NCBI GenBank assembly: GCA_036339875.1 | Contig: JAYZAC010000010.1 | Coordinates: 1-17,501 of the forward strand | Length of the DNA stretch: 17,501 nt | Reading direction: 5' to 3' | Origin: a bacterium | Lineage (GTDB): Bacteria; Muiribacteriota; UBA6191 | Shown here: positions 1 through 8,236 of the stretch, piece by piece | Layout of the letters: each line of letters opens with the position of its first letter | Numbering within the stretch: position 1 is the stretch's first letter | The notes under the pieces: model-generated | What the model was told of the DNA's origin: nothing | Seen by the model: the letters and a program-made list of their open reading frames with translations, nothing else | Databases searched by the model: none | Program-made: the position numbers and the translations under genes

Positions 1-145
1 CACCCTCTTCTCGAACTGTTTGACCGATCTTTTTCTCTCTTAATCTGGCTATTACATATGGGCCCATGAATAAAGTAATCAGATAAGCTATCACTAATGA
101 ATAGATTGTTCGCATAGTTATACTGTCTATATATTCAGCTAACAT
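1..145 (-). CDS. mraY: Phospho-N-acetylmuramoyl-pentapeptide transferase, 5' part (runs off window edge)
   Basis: Manual translation from ATG at 145 gives MLAEYIDSITMRTIYSLVIAYLITLFMGPYVIARLREKKIGQTVREEG. This is a hydrophobic helix followed by the MraY GQxxRxxG motif. A GGAGAG RBS lies upstream, the start overlaps the murEF stop (ATGTTAG), and the position after murF is canonical. Alternative ATG at 115. Confidence 0.88.
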   Translation of the reverse strand, partial: MLAEYIDSITMRTIYSLVIAYLITLFMGPYVIARLREKKIGQTVREEG

Positions 146-2847
146 GTTTGATTCTCTCCAAGTGAATCCACCAAAGTCTCTAATTTAAAAAATCTAGAAC
201 CCTTTAATGCCAAAAAACTCGGACGCTGACCGAGAAGCTCCGACTCTAAATCAATTTTTTTCTCAAAACTAATACAATTCGCACCCGGAAATTCTTGCCG
301 TAGAAATCTCCAAGCTGAACTATAAAGCGAGCCGAGAAGATATAACCGACTAAACTTTTTTTCAATCGCTAATCGAAGTAAATTTTCGTGTTTTTGATTA
401 GCACGCTCTCCAAGTTCTAGCATATCCGCCAATACAACTATACTTTCTCTCGGCAATTCAATACTCTCTAAAAAAAGTCTTGTAGACTCCGGTGATGCAT
501 TATAGCAATCGAGTAAGAAAGTCCAATCACCTTTCTTCCTAATCTCCATACGTAAGGGCGATAATTGCAAACTATGTAATCTATCTGCAACATCTTCTGT
601 AGGTACTCCCAAGCAAATTGCAATTTCCCTAGCGAAACCAATTGAATTGGCTGGCCCTCTACCAAATCTCTGCAAGTCCGTCGTGGTGAAATCTAAGAGA
701 CTTACCTTTCTACCCAAAATTTGTTCAATTTCGTCAGATTGAATCCTCTGAGCGAAAATAGAGTCATTTTCGGATAAAAACTTCGATGCTAACAATTTCT
801 CGTTTAAGAGATGCTTCCGAGACTTAAAGTTACCCTCATGAGATCCATATACGGGTAAAAATACCATCACGTCAGGATTTAAACAATGGGATAATTGATC
901 CATTTCACCAGGCTTAGAAATACCCATCTCAAATATAGCAAAGCGCTTATTTGGGGGCATATTTAAGATACTCAGAGGTAAACCTAAAGTATTGTTAAAA
1001 TTACCTGGTGAGCCATAAGCTTCGGGACCCATAAAGTGGACTAATGAATCCTTACAGGTTGTTTTTCCTACACTACCAGTAATTCCTATGAATAATGCCG
1101 GATGCGAATTCCTATAACGACGAGCAGCTTCTTGAAGAAACTCTAGCGGACTAGGATGTTGAATTACCGTTAAATCTTTGTTACCGAGCTCAATAGACTT
1201 CTGTACTATGATTAGTGAAGCCCCATTAAGTACCGCTGCATCTATAAAATTATGACCGTCTAGACTTTCTCCTTCCATAGCTAGAAAAGCAAAATCTGGC
1301 TTTATCAACCTAGAATCAAAATGGAAACCGTTACACCCATTCGCTGCTCCATTCTGAATTAACTGAGACCCGGGAATCTCTAGAAGATCACTTAATGTAT
1401 GTGCTTGTTTAAGTCGAATCTCACCAAGAACTTCTTTAATGATCTGACGATCGTCAGAATACCAAGTCTTCCCTCCTGCGGTCATAGTAGATTCATGCCC
1501 TTTTCCACAAACCAGCAAAACATCCCCTTTTCCCAGGTTACTGATTGCAGTATGGATTGCTTTTTTTCGATTAGGTATTGTAAGTACCGATTGATTTATT
1601 GGTATTCCCTCATGGATTTGATGAATAATCTGATTGGAATCCTCAAAACGAGGGTTATCGTCTGTTAACACTAGCAAGTCTGCGTAGTTGGATGCTGCTT
1701 TTCCCATTGCTGATCTCTTTGACGGATCTCGATCACCGCCACATCCAAATAAAACAATCAAGCGGTTTTCTACAAGGGGTCTAGTAGATTTACAGACGAA
1801 TTCCAGTGCTTCGGTTGAGTGAGCATAATCAACAAAAATTCGACCTGAGGGATGTCCAGAAATTTCTTCCATTCGTCCCGGTATAGTTTCTAAATTTGAT
1901 GATAATTTTTGTAAAGTTTCGAAAGCAATACCTTTTGAAAGCATAATCTGTAAAATCAATGTCAAATTTTCTAAATTGAAAAAGCCCATCCAAGGAAATT
2001 CAAAATCATAGCATCCATGTTCACTTGTCAAAGTAAAGTTAACTTTACCTAATTCATAATGAGGTTTAGATAAATTAAAACTCTCATTCAACTTAAGGCC
2101 ATAATGAAGAACAGATTTACCCGAAATTCTTTCTAAAGCTTTTGAATACGAACTTCTATCAAGACAGTAAACTTCAAATTTTTCCCCTTCTATTGGGTAG
2201 TGAGGATTAAAAAATTGACTTTTTGCATTAAAATAATTTTCCATCGTCTCATGAGCATCCAAATGTTCAGGAGATAGATCAGTGAAAGCACGCTGATTAA
2301 ACATATGACAAGGTACTCTGTGCTGTTCCAAACCCTGTGAAGAAACTTCCATACAAAGCTGCTTAATTCCTCTATTTTGTGCCTCTTGTAATATCTCTAT
2401 CAACTGAAATAAACCGGGTGTTGTATTGCTATTCTCATGCAATCCTCTTCCGTAACAAACTCCCAAGGTCCCAATGTATACACTGGGTAAACCAAGCAAT
2501 AAAAAAAACCTATGTAGACCATAAGCAATACTAGTTTTCCCTTTGGTGCCTGTTACCCCAAAAGCTTGGAAACTTGTGAACAGTGAACTATAATAATTAC
2601 TGCAATCTAGTAGATATTGTAAACGTACATTTTGAACTCTTAAGATCGGGATTTTAGTTTCAAGTTTACAATTGTGATGAGCTACAATCTTTGCTGCTCC
2701 ACGCTTTTCCAACTCTGGAACGAATTTTGCCGTTGTAACAGAATCAGCCATGGCATAAAACCAATCCCCAGAATTAACAAAAGCACTATGACTTCGAAGT
2801 GCCGTAGCCGTATGTAGCTGTGGGCTAAATTTCAGATCTACTCCCAA
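139..2847 (-). CDS. murE: Bifunctional MurE-MurF fusion ligase (UDP-MurNAc-tripeptide and pentapeptide synthesis)
   Basis: N-half (~1430-2847) has MurE motifs GVTGTKGKTS, TTP, MEVSS, EHLDAH, DYAH, FGCGGDRD, DNPR, GKGHE. C-half (~139-1400) has MurF motifs DSR, GITGSVGKTT, GNFNNTLGLP, EMG, DCYNASP, DMLELG, KGSR. One continuous 902-aa frame; the TTG start is uncertain. Confidence 0.95.
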   Translation of the reverse strand: MGVDLKFSPQLHTATALRSHSAFVNSGDWFYAMADSVTTAKFVPELEKRGAAKIVAHHNCKLETKIPILRVQNVRLQYLLDCSNYYSSLFTSFQAFGVTGTKGKTSIAYGLHRFFLLLGLPSVYIGTLGVCYGRGLHENSNTTPGLFQLIEILQEAQNRGIKQLCMEVSSQGLEQHRVPCHMFNQRAFTDLSPEHLDAHETMENYFNAKSQFFNPHYPIEGEKFEVYCLDRSSYSKALERISGKSVLHYGLKLNESFNLSKPHYELGKVNFTLTSEHGCYDFEFPWMGFFNLENLTLILQIMLSKGIAFETLQKLSSNLETIPGRMEEISGHPSGRIFVDYAHSTEALEFVCKSTRPLVENRLIVLFGCGGDRDPSKRSAMGKAASNYADLLVLTDDNPRFEDSNQIIHQIHEGIPINQSVLTIPNRKKAIHTAISNLGKGDVLLVCGKGHESTMTAGGKTWYSDDRQIIKEVLGEIRLKQAHTLSDLLEIPGSQLIQNGAANGCNGFHFDSRLIKPDFAFLAMEGESLDGHNFIDAAVLNGASLIIVQKSIELGNKDLTVIQHPSPLEFLQEAARRYRNSHPALFIGITGSVGKTTCKDSLVHFMGPEAYGSPGNFNNTLGLPLSILNMPPNKRFAIFEMGISKPGEMDQLSHCLNPDVMVFLPVYGSHEGNFKSRKHLLNEKLLASKFLSENDSIFAQRIQSDEIEQILGRKVSLLDFTTTDLQRFGRGPANSIGFAREIAICLGVPTEDVADRLHSLQLSPLRMEIRKKGDWTFLLDCYNASPESTRLFLESIELPRESIVVLADMLELGERANQKHENLLRLAIEKKFSRLYLLGSLYSSAWRFLRQEFPGANCISFEKKIDLESELLGQRPSFLALKGSRFFKLETLVDSLGENQTC

Positions 2848-4943
2848 ATAACGCCTTCATCTTCAGTCAACATATCTACTAGATCCTCAGGCATGATTTC
2901 CACATCAGTTGTTTTAGTTCGATAGGGGTATCTACCCTGTGACCAATTAGGATTCATTTGCTGATTTTGAATAAATGAGTCATTTACACGGAGCCATTCC
3001 GGAATTTGTTCACGATGAGTTATAGGCAAAGAGCCCGCCGGAGAATCTGGTACAATCGTAGGAGGCGAAGCCTCTTGAGAAGATTCTCTTCGAATCGTCT
3101 CAGGATTCAATTCTGAATTTAAGTTAGCCCAGCTGTCAGCACCTGACTGGTCTACACCAATCTGACGATTTGGTACCACCTTTAAGTAAGATAAAACTTT
3201 CTGACCTACTGAAGAGAAAATAGGCGCAGCTACTTGCCCTCCATAATATTTCTCTCCTTGGGGCTCGTTTAACATTACATAAATAACCAATCGTGGATCT
3301 TCAGCAGGTAAAGCGCCTAGAAATGAAGCAACAACCTTCGGATTCAAACCATCAATCCATTCCGAAGTAGTTTTTTTCATCTCCGCAAGACTTTGAGCAG
3401 TACCTGTTTTTCCTAAAACATCATACCCACTTATATTGGCTCGACGACCAGAACCCCCTTGCTCTGTAACGGTTTTCAGCATCTTCATAATTATTTTACT
3501 TGTTTTTTCTGATATCACTCTACGTACTGGACGAGTCATTACTTCATTTTCCTGACCTTCCAAGCGCTTAGTTTTCATCATGATTTTTGGATGATAGAGT
3601 ATTCCACCATTTACGATTGCTGAAAAAGCTCTCGTCATTTGAACTGCATTAGCTGCGATTTCCTGCCCTATGGACTTCGCGGCAATAGAGAGACCAGACC
3701 ATCGCTTCGGATTCCTGTTGATACCCCTAGTTTCACCCGGTAATTGGATACCACTTAGTTGTCCAAATCCAAAACGCTGAAAATAATCAAATAATTTTCT
3801 GGTACCCACTCTTTGTGCTATCTGAATAGCGCCTACATTGCAAGATTTTTTAAGAATAGTCGAAGTGGAAATTTTTCCATGCTTCTGACGCCCATCACAA
3901 TGTATTCTGAAAACATCAAACATTTCGATATAACCCATACAACCGAAAAGATCATGTACCGTAATGGCATTAGATTCTAAAGCTGCTGCTACTGTAAAAA
4001 CTTTGTACGTTGAGCCGGGTTCAAATTGGTCACTAATTGCACGATTTTTAAAGTCAGAAGCGGAATAATAAGGAAAATAGTTAGGATTAAACGAAGGCTC
4101 TGAAGCCATTCCTAGAATTTCACCATTGTGAGGGTCCATCACTAGAATTACTGCACTTTTAGGCCTATGGGTATCATAGGCTTCACGAAGAGCTTGCTCT
4201 ATGATGTATTGAATGACTACATCGAGACTCAAATAAATACTTGTTCCACCTTCAGCTTTTTTAAGGATTCGTTCGCTATCGGGTAGAACAAAGCCATTTA
4301 AACCCCTTTCGTAAATCTTCAAACCATCTCGACTACTTAAAATATCGTCATATTGAAGTTCAGTCCCTTCCAGACCTTTCCCATCTCTTCCTACAAAACC
4401 TAATACATTCGCAGCTATCATATTATATGGATAGTATCGCCTAGTAGAATCCTTAAAATGTACACATCCAGCAAGAACTCCAATTGAATCGCGAGATTCT
4501 AACTGTTCTTTTTCGAGCTGAATTCGCTCGCGAATCCTATGGTACTCTTCCATAGTTACATCATTTTTCAAAAGTAAATAGCGACGGTTGCGTGCCTTAG
4601 CTTTCTTTAACTTTTCAAGTAGAGGTAAGACTTGCAGTCGTGTGAATGTACCCAATAGCTTTAGAGTCACTTCCGGGTCCTCTACTCTCGAAGGATCACA
4701 AATTAAGTGTTTGACAGCCGCCGTGTAAGCGAGCACATTCCCATGTCGATCGAAGATTGTTCCCCGCTTTCGTACAATTCTTCTCTTTACGATATGTTGT
4801 TTTTTTGCACGTTGTATCCAGTGATCGTGATCGATCACTTGAATGTAGAACAACTTGATAGCTACTGAAAAAAAGATAGCACTACCAACCCAAAAAAATA
4901 ATTGTATTTTTCTATCAAGACTACGCATCAGCCGCCTTTTCAA
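2838..4943 (-). CDS. ftsI: Class B penicillin-binding protein (FtsI/PBP3/SpoVD-like transpeptidase)
   Basis: N-terminal TM helix, RGTIFDRHG, RYYP, G-LE dimerisation-domain motifs, and catalytic motifs STYK (SxxK), SCN (SxN), KTG. Located in the dcw cluster. The true start may be the in-frame ATG at 4928. Confidence 0.92.
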   Translation of the reverse strand: MKRRLMRSLDRKIQLFFWVGSAIFFSVAIKLFYIQVIDHDHWIQRAKKQHIVKRRIVRKRGTIFDRHGNVLAYTAAVKHLICDPSRVEDPEVTLKLLGTFTRLQVLPLLEKLKKAKARNRRYLLLKNDVTMEEYHRIRERIQLEKEQLESRDSIGVLAGCVHFKDSTRRYYPYNMIAANVLGFVGRDGKGLEGTELQYDDILSSRDGLKIYERGLNGFVLPDSERILKKAEGGTSIYLSLDVVIQYIIEQALREAYDTHRPKSAVILVMDPHNGEILGMASEPSFNPNYFPYYSASDFKNRAISDQFEPGSTYKVFTVAAALESNAITVHDLFGCMGYIEMFDVFRIHCDGRQKHGKISTSTILKKSCNVGAIQIAQRVGTRKLFDYFQRFGFGQLSGIQLPGETRGINRNPKRWSGLSIAAKSIGQEIAANAVQMTRAFSAIVNGGILYHPKIMMKTKRLEGQENEVMTRPVRRVISEKTSKIIMKMLKTVTEQGGSGRRANISGYDVLGKTGTAQSLAEMKKTTSEWIDGLNPKVVASFLGALPAEDPRLVIYVMLNEPQGEKYYGGQVAAPIFSSVGQKVLSYLKVVPNRQIGVDQSGADSWANLNSELNPETIRRESSQEASPPTIVPDSPAGSLPITHREQIPEWLRVNDSFIQNQQMNPNWSQGRYPYRTKTTDVEIMPEDLVDMLTEDEGVIWE

Positions 4944-5859
4944 AAATTCTCATACGAGCTGATCGGGAAGCCGAGTTTTCTTCAATCTCACAAGCGGTAG
5001 GTCGTATAACTTTTCGCGGTTTGCATCTACCGAGACTACACTTATAGTCTCCTGGGATACCGGGGATTGGATTATCGGAGCGCTCCCATTCTCGAAAAAT
5101 ATTTTTGACAATTCTATCCTCTAAAGAATGAAAACTAATAACCATCATGCGTCCACTGGGACGTAAACATGGCAACAATTTTTCTAGGGCAGACCTTAAA
5201 TTCTCTAATTCCTTATTCAACATTATACGAAAGGCCTGAAAACTTCTGGTTGCAACATGAATTTTCTGCTGTCGAACATAGGACTTTGGAAGACATTGCT
5301 CGATACAATTTGCCAAATCAAGAGTTGAATTCAGTTTATTTCTGTTCTCAGTTATAGCAATCGAGATTCTATGATGAAACTTTTCTTCGCCGTAATTTTT
5401 GAGGGTGTCAGATATTTCTATTTGACTCGCCGTCTCTATCCAATCTTTTAAGAGAATACCTTCCGTTGTATTCATTCGCATATCCAAAGGTCCTTCTTTG
5501 AGGAAAGAAAAACCTCTAGACGCATTTTGTAATTGATGCATAGAAGTACCCAGATCTAATAGAATAAGGTCCAATTTCTGTAAAATGCGATCCTTATAGC
5601 GAGAGACTGTAGCAAAATTTGTATGAATTAATTGAATCTTGGAAGAACCGTGAAAATCTTGTGATTTGAAATCCGCAATCACATCAGGGTCCTGGTCCAA
5701 TGCTATATAAGTCTCTACCTCAGGTAAATTCTCAAGTAGATATTTAGCATGCCCCGCATGTCCAAAGGTACCGTCTAAAATAAATTTAGTGCTTGGAGGG
5801 CAGTAATCTAGAACTTCTCTGTATAAAACCGGATAATGAAAGGTCCTACTAACACTCAT
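4921..5859 (-). CDS. rsmH: 16S rRNA m4C1402 methyltransferase RsmH (MraW)
   Basis: Motifs HYPVL, DGTFGHAGHA, LDQD, LLDLGTS, RGFSF-GPLDMRM, YGEE, FQAFRI-N-EL, ISFHSLEDRIVK, N-SRSARMR. Confidence 0.97.
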   Translation of the reverse strand: MSVSRTFHYPVLYREVLDYCPPSTKFILDGTFGHAGHAKYLLENLPEVETYIALDQDPDVIADFKSQDFHGSSKIQLIHTNFATVSRYKDRILQKLDLILLDLGTSMHQLQNASRGFSFLKEGPLDMRMNTTEGILLKDWIETASQIEISDTLKNYGEEKFHHRISIAITENRNKLNSTLDLANCIEQCLPKSYVRQQKIHVATRSFQAFRIMLNKELENLRSALEKLLPCLRPSGRMMVISFHSLEDRIVKNIFREWERSDNPIPGIPGDYKCSLGRCKPRKVIRPTACEIEENSASRSARMRIFEKAADA

Positions 5860-6287
5860 TATTCTGACACCCGAGAATTATCTTTTAGCTGAGCTGCAAT
5901 ACGACCAAGTTCGCCTCTGCGGAAAATTATGCCATCATCACCACTTAAAAATTCTTCACGGTTCAGATAAAGGCGATCTCTTGAAGTCGGAGACCTCATA
6001 CCAAGTTGTTCTCGAGCAATGAATTCAATTCGTTGCAAGGAAGATAACATGACTTCTTCCTGTTGATATTTGTCAGATAATTTTTCGAGTGCTGCAATTC
6101 TTCTCTTCAAATGCTCATTACGATTTACAAGTTCTAACAATTGCATATGCTGAAAAACATATAAAAACAGAAGGGCTGAAGCAAAACTAAAAACTGCTAC
6201 AAAAGAAAAGGTGATTCTGCGCTGGTTCCCCAAGAAACGCTCACGCAGGACTTGATTATGTGGTTGTTCTCGAACTGATAAACTCAT
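5859..6287 (-). CDS. ftsL: FtsL/DivIC-like cell division protein
   Basis: Short cytoplasmic N-terminus, one TM helix, a heptad coiled coil and the FtsL-like LSSLQRIEFIAREQLGM-P motif. TAATG-coupled to rsmH. Confidence 0.8.
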   Translation of the reverse strand: MSLSVREQPHNQVLRERFLGNQRRITFSFVAVFSFASALLFLYVFQHMQLLELVNRNEHLKRRIAALEKLSDKYQQEEVMLSSLQRIEFIAREQLGMRSPTSRDRLYLNREEFLSGDDGIIFRRGELGRIAAQLKDNSRVSE

Positions 6288-6376
6288 GATTGAAAAATTT
6301 ACTATTACAAATTTTCGCCGATTCTATCGAATTTGTCATCTTTCTTCCACAGTTCCCTGCATTAAAGGCACTTCTT

Positions 6377-6787
6377 TTACCAAATCGTAGCTAATAATGA
6401 TCGACGATGAATTCCATTTCGATGTTCAAAAATATAGATACCCTGCCAGATACCTAAAGCAAGTTCACCCTGATAAATAGGAATATTTAAACTTGTAGAC
6501 CCTAGACTAGACCGCATGTGAGCTGTTGTATCGTCGGGACCTTCTGCGGTATGACTATGCCAACTTTGATTGTCGGGTACTAACCTTTCGTAGAACGCTA
6601 ACAAGTCATCTTTAGCTGATCGATCTGCATTTTCTTGAATTATTAACGAAGCTGAGGTGTGCTGGATAAACAAATTCAGCATACCCACACTAGGAAGTTT
6701 TAATTCGCGAATTTCGGTGACAAGGTCACCAGTTATCTCTAAAAGCTCTTTACCTCTCGTATTAAAATTGAGTTTAATTTGATGCAT
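6377..6787 (-). CDS. yjbQ: YjbQ/UPF0047 family protein (secondary thiamine-phosphate synthase-like)
   Basis: Motifs HTSASLIIQENAD, H-EGPDD-AH, LGIWQGIYIFEHR; AAGGAAGG RBS upstream. Confidence 0.93.
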   Translation of the reverse strand: MHQIKLNFNTRGKELLEITGDLVTEIRELKLPSVGMLNLFIQHTSASLIIQENADRSAKDDLLAFYERLVPDNQSWHSHTAEGPDDTTAHMRSSLGSTSLNIPIYQGELALGIWQGIYIFEHRNGIHRRSLLATIW

Positions 6788-6815
6788 AAAAAGACCTTCC
6801 TTTTAATCTTTATTT

Positions 6816-6824
6816 TGATATAAT
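6816..6824 (+). promoter_or_regulatory. Putative extended -10 sigma70 promoter (TGnTATAAT) for the wcaJ-like gene
   Basis: TGATATAAT at 6816-6824, followed by GC-rich CGCGCC, 10 nt before the ATG at 6835, in the divergent yjbQ/wcaJ spacer. Confidence 0.6.
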
Positions 6825-6834
6825 CGCGCCCCTT

Positions 6835-8223
6835 ATGAGAATTGTACCAGGTACCTTAAATGGTTTAATTGCAGCCATAATAGATATTCCTATAACTTAT
6901 ATGATTCTGGCAGTATCTTTTTACTTTCGTTTCTATAGTGACTTAATCATTGTGTCTAAAGGAATCCCCAGTTTCGAAAGCTACTCAAATACTTTTTGGA
7001 TGATATCTTTAATGCTATTTTTCATCTTTAGCCTCTCTGGACAGTATCAACGAGGATTTCGTTTCTCTCCAGAAAATTCGTGGTACTTAAGTAGAAATAT
7101 ATTCATCGGTTTTTTGATAATTTCCTCATTAGCTTTTTTTTACCGGGCTCAAGATTATTCAAGGGCGACCTTTGTAATCGCCTTAGTTTTCACATTACTG
7201 CTATTAAACTTGTTTTACTTACTGAAGGACCGTGTAATTCGGTTAATAGCACCTCGTAGTTTTCAGCTCAATAACATAATGATTGTAGGCACCGATCCGC
7301 GTGCGTTGGAAATTTACGAAAATCTAAAAAATGGTGAAGAAAAATTAAATCTATCTATGATAGGTCCTTCCTCAATACACATACCTAGTAATGTCAATTA
7401 TCTTGGCCCTATACGAGAATTCAATAATATAATTAAAGACTACCTTATCAATCAAGTCATTATCGCACTGCCAAATTCAAATATAAAACAAGCTATGGGT
7501 ATTGTTCAGGAATGTGAAAGTCGAAATATAAAGTTTGCTGTTGTACCAGATTTATTTGAAATCGTTACACGGCAGGTGACAATTGGCGAGGTGCATGGAA
7601 TACCCGTAATGACTGTAGGTAGTAATTTACCAATTTACGGAATGCAGATGAATTTCAAACATCTTTTTGATTTCGGAGCCTCACTCCTTAGTATCCTTAT
7701 TCTATCCCCAATTTGCTTGCTTGTTTCTCTTCTTATTAAATTGGAAGATGGTGGGCCCATTTTTTACAGTCAAGAAAGAGTAGGAAAAGATGGAAAAATA
7801 TTCAAAATGTTTAAGTTCAGATCAATGAAAGTTGATGCCGAATCGAAAAGTGGTCCGATGTGGGCGATACAGGGCGATCCGCGTTGGACTAAAATGGGTA
7901 CTATACTTAGGAAAACAAGTATTGATGAACTTCCGCAACTTTGGAATGTTCTAAAAGGCGAAATGAGCCTGGTAGGCCCACGTCCTGAGCGACCCATTTT
8001 TGTTAACGAATTTAAGGAAAATATTCCTGGATACATGATTCGTCACAAAGTCCGCGGAGGCTTAACAGGGTGGAGTCAGTGTAACGGCTTAAGAGGCCAA
8101 ACTAGTTTAGAAGATCGAACTACCTATGACCTTTACTATGTCGAAAATTGGTCATTTACGTTCGATGTTCGAATACTTTTTCAAACAGTATTCAAAATGG
8201 TTTTTATACAATCCGGATACTAA
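6835..8223 (+). CDS. wcaJ: Undecaprenyl-phosphate hexose-1-phosphate transferase (WcaJ/WbaP/CpsE family)
   Basis: Four N-terminal TM helices, a Rossmann-like middle domain, and a C-terminal bacterial sugar transferase domain with [51 protein letters not shown]. Confidence 0.92.
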   Translation: MRIVPGTLNGLIAAIIDIPITYMILAVSFYFRFYSDLIIVSKGIPSFESYSNTFWMISLMLFFIFSLSGQYQRGFRFSPENSWYLSRNIFIGFLIISSLAFFYRAQDYSRATFVIALVFTLLLLNLFYLLKDRVIRLIAPRSFQLNNIMIVGTDPRALEIYENLKNGEEKLNLSMIGPSSIHIPSNVNYLGPIREFNNIIKDYLINQVIIALPNSNIKQAMGIVQECESRNIKFAVVPDLFEIVTRQVTIGEVHGIPVMTVGSNLPIYGMQMNFKHLFDFGASLLSILILSPICLLVSLLIKLEDGGPIFYSQERVGKDGKIFKMFKFRSMKVDAESKSGPMWAIQGDPRWTKMGTILRKTSIDELPQLWNVLKGEMSLVGPRPERPIFVNEFKENIPGYMIRHKVRGGLTGWSQCNGLRGQTSLEDRTTYDLYYVENWSFTFDVRILFQTVFKMVFIQSGY

Positions 8224-8236
8224 TTAAACGGAATAA

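Noticed and set aside
468..1668. Short ORFs 468-665 (-) and 1399-1668 (+)
   Set aside because: Both lie wholly inside the murE-murF gene (alternate frame or antisense) and show no recognisable motifs.
5169..5357. 62-aa plus-strand ORF
   Set aside because: Antisense shadow inside rsmH.
6288..6376. MraZ-binding GTGGG-type direct repeats upstream of the dcw operon
   Set aside because: Only a single GTGG was seen, with no regularly spaced repeats.
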